From a virus: a stretch of DNA of 64,000 bases. Positions 57,187-64,000 of this stretch are shown one piece after another. The position numbers and the translations under genes were made by a program. Location: IMG/VR virus record IMGVR_UViG_3300028772_000011, positions 1 through 64,000 of that record; one strand, 5' to 3'. The notes beneath the pieces are model-generated. The model saw nothing but the letters and a program-made list of their open reading frames with translations, was not told the origin of the DNA and did not search any database. How positions within the stretch are numbered: position 1 is the stretch's first letter; every line of letters starts with the position of its first letter.

Positions 57187-58888
57187 TTTCTTTTAATTTT
57201 ATTATATCGTTAATTTTATTAATTAATTCTTGTTCATCAATATATACTTTATCTATATAGTCAATTATATATTTTGGGTTTTCATATGTAAAATATAATA
57301 AATTGACATTATTCTTCTTACATAAATTATTTTTTCTAATATCTCTTTCTCTTACTTCTGAAAATCCTTTAGCTCCACCCCAACAATTATTTTCATCAAA
57401 ATGTTGCCTTCCATGATATTCAATAGCTATATCATATTCTGTTAAATACATATCAATACTTTGAGCCCTTAACCATTTATCTCTAAATTGGTATACTAAA
57501 TTATAGTTTTGAAAATTATCTCTAATAATAGATAATAATTTTTGTTCAGATATATCATTTTTTGAAGCACACTCTGGACAATTAGATCCTCTCAAATGAC
57601 TACTTGGTATTTGCCAGAATTCTCCGTGGATTTGGCATATAATACATATTTTAGTTGATGAGTTAACGTAATTTACTTTTGAATAATCATATTTTTCCCA
57701 ACGCGCATTTTTTAGCTTTTTAACGTATTCAGTAGTTTCCATTTTATTACACTCTGAACACCCACAGCCTTTAAGGTGAACTTCTGGTGTTTGTGTAAAA
57801 TCTCCGTGTTTTAAGCAAGTTATTATAACAGTGGTGTGTCTGTCAACATATTCTACTTTTGAATAGTCATATTTATTTCCATGAATCAATTTTGCTTTTG
57901 TTATAAATTTTTCATTTGTAAATCTTAAAGCATTTCCAACTATTTCACCTGCACATTTAGGGCAACCTCCACCTCGCAAATGGCTATTTGGTAGTTGCCA
58001 AAATTCACCATGAACTGGGCAAATAATATATACTTTTAAATTCCAATTAATATATTCTGTTTTTGAGTATATATATTTTTCACCATGAATTAATCTTGAT
58101 TGTTCTATAAACTCATCACTTGTCTTACTATTTTTACATTTTATACACCCCAAGCCATCTAAATGTTTCTTAGGCTTCTGTTTAAAATCACCATGTATAG
58201 GACAATTGATTATTACTGGCGTTTTGTTGTCAACATATATTACTTTAGAATAATCATATTTATTTCCATATATTATTTTGGATTTTAAAATGAATGATTC
58301 TGTTGTTAAAACCCCATTTGCGCATTTAGGGCAGCCATGTCCAAATGAATGATTTGCAGGTAATTGCCAAAATTCCCCATGTTCAGGACATATTATACAA
58401 ATTTCAGTAGTTGAATTAATATATGTAACTTTTGAATAGTCATATTTATTATTATGTATTTTAATTGATTTTTCTATAAATTCATTAAAATTTAAAGCTA
58501 AAGAATTTGTTTTAGTACAATTAGGACATCCGAAACCCTTTAAATGGTCTTCTGGTTTTTGCAAAAACTCACCGTGTTCTGAACATATTATAATTACAGG
58601 GGTATTTTTATCTACATATTTAACCTTTGAATAATCATATTTATTTTTATGTATCTCATTAGCTTTATCCGAAAACATTTCAGTAGTTGGTACATTGTGG
58701 CCGCATTTAGTACAATTATTACCGTTTAAATGATTGTTTGGTAATTGGTAAAATTCACCGTGTATTTTACATATAATACAAACATGTTTTTTACTATTAA
58801 CATAAACTACTTTTGAATAATCATATCTATCTCCATGAATCAGTATAGCTTTTTCGATAAATTCCTCTCTTGTTAATTTTTTAGGCAT
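57170..58888 (-). CDS. Free-standing endonuclease: 7 Zn-binding YDYS repeats plus PD-(D/E)xK domain
   Basis: Seven ~60-70 aa F..K...H..KYDYS..Y..I.C..HG.F.Q.P..H..G..CxxC repeats; IDMYL..IAIEYHGRQH. Confidence 0.85.
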   Translation of the reverse strand: MPKKLTREEFIEKAILIHGDRYDYSKVVYVNSKKHVCIICKIHGEFYQLPNNHLNGNNCTKCGHNVPTTEMFSDKANEIHKNKYDYSKVKYVDKNTPVIIICSEHGEFLQKPEDHLKGFGCPNCTKTNSLALNFNEFIEKSIKIHNNKYDYSKVTYINSTTEICIICPEHGEFWQLPANHSFGHGCPKCANGVLTTESFILKSKIIYGNKYDYSKVIYVDNKTPVIINCPIHGDFKQKPKKHLDGLGCIKCKNSKTSDEFIEQSRLIHGEKYIYSKTEYINWNLKVYIICPVHGEFWQLPNSHLRGGGCPKCAGEIVGNALRFTNEKFITKAKLIHGNKYDYSKVEYVDRHTTVIITCLKHGDFTQTPEVHLKGCGCSECNKMETTEYVKKLKNARWEKYDYSKVNYVNSSTKICIICQIHGEFWQIPSSHLRGSNCPECASKNDISEQKLLSIIRDNFQNYNLVYQFRDKWLRAQSIDMYLTEYDIAIEYHGRQHFDENNCWGGAKGFSEVRERDIRKNNLCKKNNVNLLYFTYENPKYIIDYIDKVYIDEQELINKINDIIKLKENAKNN

Positions 58889-59030
58889 TTTTAATATATT
58901 CCTTTAATAATTTATTTATCAAGGAAGAAGTATTAATACATTGACCCTTTAAATAATCAACCACTTCTGGTGATACAGAAATAGATATTTTTACTTTTCT
59001 TTCTTCGTCTCCGATCTTTGTTCTTCCCAT
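58881..59030 (-). CDS. 49-aa ribbon-helix-helix (CopG/antitoxin-like) protein, not in the ORF track
   Basis: MGRTKIGDEERKVKISISVSPEVVDYLKGQCINTSSLINKLLKEYIKNA*; its stop overlaps the endonuclease start (ATGCCTAA). Confidence 0.75.
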   Translation of the reverse strand: MGRTKIGDEERKVKISISVSPEVVDYLKGQCINTSSLINKLLKEYIKNA

Positions 59031-59087
59031 CCTATATAAATATTAAAAAAATTATTATTTTACTATAATTCATACTTTTATTTTTAA

Positions 59088-59276
59088 TTATTTTTGTTTT
59101 GCAATGTCCACATTACAATTATCGTTATTTTCTTTTAATTTTTTATTCATATTCATATAATTTCGAACAATGGTTTCAAATGCAATTATCTGCTTCCAAT
59201 CAGAAACAGGAAGTGATCTAAACATTTCACCCCTACGTTTAAGTGAAGCTTCAACTTCTTTTGAAAATGTTATCAT
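59088..59276 (-). CDS. Hypothetical protein
   Basis: Member of the early small-gene operon. Confidence 0.5.
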   Translation of the reverse strand: MITFSKEVEASLKRRGEMFRSLPVSDWKQIIAFETIVRNYMNMNKKLKENNDNCNVDIAKQK

Positions 59277-59282
59277 ATTTAT

Positions 59283-59642
59283 TTATTCAGTCTTAATATT
59301 AATAGGTTTAGCACTATATTTCATTAATTCTTCATTATCCTTTTGATATTTCTCAACCATATCAATCAACTGTTCAATAATTTCATATCTATTAGCCCCA
59401 GCCATTAACGATTGAAATATGTTATTAAACAAAGGTGAACGTAACATCTTTTTCTCAGCATCTTTTGAAAAATAGCTTAGTAATTCATCTGGCGAAATCA
59501 TTCTCGATTCCCTTTCAAATACTTCTTTTGAATATTTACTCAAACAACTAACATAACCTATTGGTTGATCCGATGAATGTAAAATACTATTAGTATTTTC
59601 CGCCATTATATGTGTGTAATTTTCTTCTGTTATTTTATTCAT
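59283..59642 (-). CDS. Hypothetical protein
   Basis: Member of the early small-gene operon; ATGA overlap. Confidence 0.55.
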   Translation of the reverse strand: MNKITEENYTHIMAENTNSILHSSDQPIGYVSCLSKYSKEVFERESRMISPDELLSYFSKDAEKKMLRSPLFNNIFQSLMAGANRYEIIEQLIDMVEKYQKDNEELMKYSAKPINIKTE

Positions 59643-59833
59643 TTTTTAGTTATTGTTATTTCAAATTTACTATCATACCACACACCATTTTTTGTAGTTA
59701 CAAATTTACCTTTATAATCATATTCTGATTCTTTTCCAAGAACGAATAAAATAGTGTCATTAGATATTTCACCAGCAAAGGTTATTATTTGTTCACCAGA
59801 TTTCATAGCCTTAATTTGTTCTTCTGTTACCAT
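59639..59833 (-). CDS. Hypothetical protein
   Basis: Member of the early small-gene operon. Confidence 0.55.
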   Translation of the reverse strand: MVTEEQIKAMKSGEQIITFAGEISNDTILFVLGKESEYDYKGKFVTTKNGVWYDSKFEITITKK

Positions 59834-60139
59834 TTAGTTTATAAATTTTAATTTATCTCTTAATTTAGCTGCCAATTCATAATTTTCAGATTCTAATGCT
59901 TGTTTTAACCTATATTCAAGTGTGTGTTTGGTATTATAATCAGTCAATACCTTATTGGTAAGTATTTTTATTTCGTCTTTATTTGATTTTATTTTTGATA
60001 TTATAATCTGAATATCAATAGGGTTATCAATTAGTTCATCAATTAAATCGTCTCTAAATGCATACAATGACCCTATCATATTACGATCTGTTTCACATAA
60101 TAATTTTATTCTATTCAAATCTGGTATTTCATTTTCCAT
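59834..60139 (-). CDS. UVR (UvrB/UvrC) motif protein
   Basis: C-terminal LKQALESENYELAAKLRDKL. Confidence 0.75.
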   Translation of the reverse strand: MENEIPDLNRIKLLCETDRNMIGSLYAFRDDLIDELIDNPIDIQIIISKIKSNKDEIKILTNKVLTDYNTKHTLEYRLKQALESENYELAAKLRDKLKFIN

Positions 60140-60151
60140 AATTTACAATTT

Positions 60152-60334
60152 TTAATTTATATTTGCAATCAACCGACCCATTAGTATATTAATCATTTCA
60201 TGAACTTCATCTCTAATTTTTAAAGTTTGTTCTTCTTCTGAAATTGGCTCCTTAGAAATATCACGACATTTATCAAAATGGTTTTTCATAATTTCATCAT
60301 CTTGATAATTACAAGTTAATTTTTCTTTTTTCAT
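60152..60334 (-). CDS. Hypothetical protein
   Basis: Member of the early operon; ATGA overlap. Confidence 0.5.
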   Translation of the reverse strand: MKKEKLTCNYQDDEIMKNHFDKCRDISKEPISEEEQTLKIRDEVHEMINILMGRLIANIN

Positions 60335-60735
60335 AAGTTTAATTTATCTCTTAAATTAGCAGCTAATTCATAATTTTCAGACTCTAATGCTTCACTAAGT
60401 TGTTCCTCAATAGATTTTTTTGTGAGATTTTCTTTGTCCTCAATATCTTTTGATGCATCAAGTAATAAACTTTTTAAATAATCTGGATCTTCTAATGATT
60501 TGTTAATATCTGATTTCATTTTTTCCCATTTTTCGTTGACTCTCGATACACTTTCTGGGTTAGACTTTTTTAAAACAGATATTCTATTTTCATTCAATTT
60601 TATTTTTTCGAGCAAACGGATGTTTAAAGTTTCCAATACATCTATTTCATTGTTAACAATAGAATCACAAGCCTCAATAATTAACTTATCGTTATCTTTT
60701 ATTAATTTAATTATTTCATTCATTTCCGTTTCCAT
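60331..60735 (-). CDS. UVR (UvrB/UvrC) motif protein (start re-assigned to the ATG at 60735)
   Basis: C-terminal LSEALESENYELAANLRDKL; the TTG at 60762 lies in the -7 element. Confidence 0.75.
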   Translation of the reverse strand: METEMNEIIKLIKDNDKLIIEACDSIVNNEIDVLETLNIRLLEKIKLNENRISVLKKSNPESVSRVNEKWEKMKSDINKSLEDPDYLKSLLLDASKDIEDKENLTKKSIEEQLSEALESENYELAANLRDKLNL

Positions 60736-60759
60736 ATAAATTTTAATTTTTATTTTAAA

Positions 60760-60792
60760 CAAATGTACGTATAATTTTTATATAAAACAAGT
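60760..60792 (-). promoter_or_regulatory. Bacteroidota sigma-A-type promoter for the early small-gene operon
   Basis: ACTTG, 20 nt spacer, TACATTTG on the minus strand. Confidence 0.75.
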
Positions 60793-61917
60793 TTAATTTT
60801 GAGAAATATTTAATTCTTTATTTAATATTTCTTCTATATTATAAAATTCCGTATATGGGATTCTAATTAATTTAATACCATTATCAAGACAATATTGTGT
60901 TTTAATTTCATCTCTTTTTTTATTAAGTATAAAAGATATTTCTCCTCCCCAATGATTAACTGGTTGAAAATGCTGTTTACCATCGAATTCTATACATATA
61001 TTAAGCGATGGTATGTAAAAATCAAAAGGTAATGGTTTTATATTCTTGCATTCATTAAATCTATGTTGGTTGATATTAATAATATTTTTCTTATTTAATA
61101 TTTTCATAATTAAGCTTTCGCCTTTACTTTCTATACAAATAGGACACCCTTTACCTTGTAAATGATTGGTAGGGCTACACGAAAATTGACCATGTTTTTT
61201 ACAAATAATATTAACCTTTTTATGTGCAGTTTCATATTTCACTAACGAATAATCAAATTTATCACCATGAATAAGTTTTGCGCTTAAAATAAACTCATTA
61301 GTTGTTGGTTTAATTTTATTACTACATTTAGCACATCCATCGCCTCGTAAATGATGCTCAACAGTTTGCTTGATAATATTACCACAATCCTTACAATAAA
61401 AAATAATATAATCGGTTAATTTAATAAAAACAACATCTGAATAATCAAATTTATTTTTATGTTTAATATTTGCCTTTTTTATAAATTCTTCTTTTGATAG
61501 ATAATAATTTCCTAAACATTTTTTACAACCATTACCTTTAGATATTAATAATGATCCAGCTTGAACATAAAAATTATTTCCACATTTTTTACATATTACG
61601 TTAACTTTTCCTTTATCGTTAATATAATTAATATTTGATAGGTCATAACTATCTCCGTGCTTTTTATATAACTCTAATAAATATTGCTCTTGCGTTTTTG
61701 TTCTTTTTAACGTACCCTTTTTTATACTGCATTTTGGGCATCCACTGCCTAATAAATGTGATCCAGCTTCTTGTTCAAAAAATTCTTTATGAATATTACA
61801 AAATATTTTTAATTTAGAGTGTCTTCCACTATATATTGTTTCAGAATAATTATATCTATCTCCGTGAATTAATCTTGCTTTAATTATAAATTCTTCTGTT
61901 GTAAGTTTTTTACTCAT
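60793..61917 (-). CDS. Free-standing endonuclease: 4 Zn-binding repeats plus PD-(D/E)xK domain
   Basis: HGDRYNYS/HGDKFDYS repeats with CxxC; SKGE..LPFDFYIP..IEFDGKQH..RDEIK..LIRIPY. Confidence 0.85.
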   Translation of the reverse strand: MSKKLTTEEFIIKARLIHGDRYNYSETIYSGRHSKLKIFCNIHKEFFEQEAGSHLLGSGCPKCSIKKGTLKRTKTQEQYLLELYKKHGDSYDLSNINYINDKGKVNVICKKCGNNFYVQAGSLLISKGNGCKKCLGNYYLSKEEFIKKANIKHKNKFDYSDVVFIKLTDYIIFYCKDCGNIIKQTVEHHLRGDGCAKCSNKIKPTTNEFILSAKLIHGDKFDYSLVKYETAHKKVNIICKKHGQFSCSPTNHLQGKGCPICIESKGESLIMKILNKKNIININQHRFNECKNIKPLPFDFYIPSLNICIEFDGKQHFQPVNHWGGEISFILNKKRDEIKTQYCLDNGIKLIRIPYTEFYNIEEILNKELNISQN

Positions 61918-62142
61918 TATTTTGTTTTAAAATTATTTTGTCAGCGGAAAGGTTGACATATAATATATAAATAACACTAACGTTATCTCATGTATTTATG
62001 AAAAATAAAAGTTTTTTACTAAGGAAAGAATTATTAACCATTCTTTCAAAACTGGTCTGGGCAATACTTACCCATTTAATATCTAAAATCGATATTAATT
62101 ATATTTTATTAACATTTTTTTGGAGTTAATTTGTGGGTGGAA

Positions 62143-62176
62143 AAATAAAAGGTGTGGATTAACGCACCTTTTATTT
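62143..62176 (-). terminator. Intrinsic terminator
   Basis: AAATAAAAGGTG...CACCTTTTATTT stem directly after the stop of 62179..62604. Confidence 0.7.
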
Positions 62177-62178
62177 GA

Positions 62179-62604
62179 TTATCCAATTGCGGATGTTATG
62201 CAAAAAATTACGCCACATAACAGTCCATATAGAGCAAGCGTTCCAGCAATTGAAAAATTACCAGTTATAAGTAATAAGAATGCAAGTAAGAAAAGAATCA
62301 ATGCAATTACAGCGGAAACAATTCCAATTTTCATAGAAATAGAAGACTCTTTATTAAAATCTATGGATGCATATAATTTTTCTTTTTTTGATAGTTCACC
62401 ATCTTTAAGGCCTTCACCAGGATTAAATTTATTACCACAATCTAAACAAGTAATTTTTACTTTACCACTACCAATAAATCCAGCTGCTAATCCTATTCCT
62501 CCAGTTAAAATTACTCCACTAATTCCCTTAGCAGCGCTATAACCATTTTTATTTGTAGTTAATTGAGTTGAACCACAATTAGGGCATTTAATTTCATTTT
62601 TCAT
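62179..62604 (-). CDS. Zn-ribbon membrane protein
   Basis: CPNCGS..Gly-rich hydrophobic segment..CLDCG, plus two C-terminal TM helices. Confidence 0.7.
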   Translation of the reverse strand: MKNEIKCPNCGSTQLTTNKNGYSAAKGISGVILTGGIGLAAGFIGSGKVKITCLDCGNKFNPGEGLKDGELSKKEKLYASIDFNKESSISMKIGIVSAVIALILFLLAFLLLITGNFSIAGTLALYGLLCGVIFCITSAIG

Positions 62605-62609
62605 CGTTT

Positions 62610-62801
62610 TTATTTATTTCGATAAATTCTAAATTCATATATTGGTCTCATTTTAGTTCGTTCAATTTCTATATATTTAGAGGTATATTTACCATCTGGA
62701 ACTAATAATAACCTTTTAGCTGCCTTAGTAAGCATAGCAGGAAGAAAATCACAAGCATAATCATCAATTTCTAATTTTTCGATTTCTTTTTTTGTAAACA
62801 T
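62610..62801 (-). CDS. Hypothetical protein
   Basis: Operon-packed ORF. Confidence 0.5.
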   Translation of the reverse strand: MFTKKEIEKLEIDDYACDFLPAMLTKAAKRLLLVPDGKYTSKYIEIERTKMRPIYEFRIYRNK

Positions 62802-62809
62802 ATTTTTAT

Positions 62810-63175
62810 TTAATAAGCTGCGTTTCTATTTGTGTCAAAATATTCTTTAACATCACTTGAAAGGTTGTCTTTGATTAAGTAGTTATATTTTACAATGATA
62901 TCAAGAATACAATCTCTTAACTCCTCAGTCATTTGAGGTAGATTATCCAATTTTTCAGCTAAAGTAGCTTTTCGATGTCTACGCATTTTATCGAATGTCC
63001 CAAATGATTCAATGATTTCTCTTGCTTTTTTCTTTGGGAGTCCGTTGATATTTTTATGTAAGTTTAAAATACCATAATTTTCTCCCATCATACAAATTTC
63101 TATTCCTCTTCTCATAATTTTAAATCTTTTTATTTCCCCTACTCTGTTGTATGTTGGTTTTTCAGGATGTACCAT
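62810..63175 (-). CDS. Hypothetical protein
   Basis: Operon-packed ORF. Confidence 0.55.
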   Translation of the reverse strand: MVHPEKPTYNRVGEIKRFKIMRRGIEICMMGENYGILNLHKNINGLPKKKAREIIESFGTFDKMRRHRKATLAEKLDNLPQMTEELRDCILDIIVKYNYLIKDNLSSDVKEYFDTNRNAAY

Positions 63176-63761
63176 CGCTATTATTTTTTTTATAAATATC
63201 TATATGTTCTTCGTATTCAATTAATGAACTTTCAGTAAAATATTTTGGATTTACATACGCAACTAAACTATTATTAAACCCATATGAAAGAATAGGATAT
63301 AGTATAAGGTTTTGTTCTTTATAATGATCCATTATTTCATAGCCACTAAGATATTTTTTCGTACTCCAAACATGAAGTTGTTTAATTATATTTTTATCAA
63401 TCAAATTTGATTTAAATAAATTTAAAATTAGATTAACATATTCGTTGGATGATTCTTCAGCACAGTATTGTATCTCTTGAAAATGTACTAAAGGGTTAAG
63501 ATCTCTCCAACTTCGTTCAAATTGTATGTAGTTATCTCTATTCCAAACAAACATTTTACCACAACCCAGATTTTCAAATTCATCAACTTCAATATCATAC
63601 CACAATTTAGGGTATTTTTCTTTATATTTATCTATATTATTAACCCATTTATCAAAATCTTCTCCGTATAGGATAACTTTTGTTCCCTCATCTGAATCGT
63701 ATTTGATTTCCCCCTCAACCCTAAATACATTCTCCGATACTTTAACTAATGTTGTGTTCAT
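63162..63761 (-). CDS. Hypothetical protein
   Basis: Operon-packed ORF. Confidence 0.6.
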   Translation of the reverse strand: MNTTLVKVSENVFRVEGEIKYDSDEGTKVILYGEDFDKWVNNIDKYKEKYPKLWYDIEVDEFENLGCGKMFVWNRDNYIQFERSWRDLNPLVHFQEIQYCAEESSNEYVNLILNLFKSNLIDKNIIKQLHVWSTKKYLSGYEIMDHYKEQNLILYPILSYGFNNSLVAYVNPKYFTESSLIEYEEHIDIYKKNNSDGTS

Positions 63762-63777
63762 AAAACTATTTTATTTT

Positions 63778-63984
63778 TTAAATTGATTCGAAGCAAATAT
63801 ACCAATAAAATTCAAGAAAAACAAGTTCCAAATAAAAACCGAGCATTTTTAAATACTCGACTCCTAATATTTTAAAATAATTTAATTTCGATAATTTGAA
63901 TTCCATTATTATTAATACAATTATCAGGATATTTAAATTCAAAATCATATCCAGACATATCCAATGCTGAAATTTGCTGCTCAT
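63778..63984 (-). CDS. Hypothetical hydrophobic protein (possibly 5'-truncated)
   Basis: Short hydrophobic ORF at the window edge. Confidence 0.3.
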   Translation of the reverse strand: MSSKFQHWICLDMILNLNILIIVLIIMEFKLSKLNYFKILGVEYLKMLGFYLELVFLEFYWYICFESI

Positions 63985-64000
63985 TTAAATTTTCCAATAC

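Noticed and set aside
1208-61817. Many short ORFs nested in or antisense to long genes (e.g. 1208..1510, 6815..7144, 27119..27547, 36885..37208, 44616..44855)
   Set aside because: Shadow frames of well-supported genes with no independent signals.
62120-62542. 140-aa plus-strand ORF
   Set aside because: Antisense to the Zn-ribbon membrane gene and runs through its terminator.
1-64000. Stop-codon reassignment as in some Bacteroidota phages
   Set aside because: Core genes are full length and densely packed under the standard code.
1-64000. tRNA or rRNA genes
   Set aside because: No cloverleaf or T-loop signatures were seen by eye in intergenic regions; tRNAscan/ARAGORN would be needed to be certain.

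Overview
This 64 kb, strongly AT-rich window comes from a large T4-superfamily (myovirus-like) dsDNA phage, probably a jumbo phage. The host is most likely Bacteroidota: five promoters match the phylum's TTG-N20-TAnnTTTG sigma-A consensus, starts are A-rich without Shine-Dalgarno sites, and the fibres carry Fib_succ_major and LRR domains. Core genes include a neck protein fragment, large terminase, portal, family B DNA polymerase, a gp55-like sigma factor, baseplate and tube-like genes, PhoH, major capsid protein, scaffold, prohead protease, GH19 endolysin, primase, DNA methyltransferase and an SbcD/gp47 nuclease. Accessory content includes a four-gene fibre/adhesin cluster, six glycosyltransferases, four free-standing endonucleases and an early operon of small genes. 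The most unusual observations are: (1) an in-frame orphan alternative C-terminal tip behind a fibre gene; (2) two different circular permutations of the Fib_succ_major domain in one protein; (3) a stand-alone paralogue of the capsid N-terminus; (4) nucleases with 2, 4 and 7 zinc-binding repeats carrying a hypervariable residue pair, one coupled to an unannotated ribbon-helix-helix gene; (5) a late-promoter motif that is the reverse complement of T4's; (6) candidate injected head effectors (ART, metallopeptidase, WYL). All assignments come from reading motifs by eye; no searches were run.
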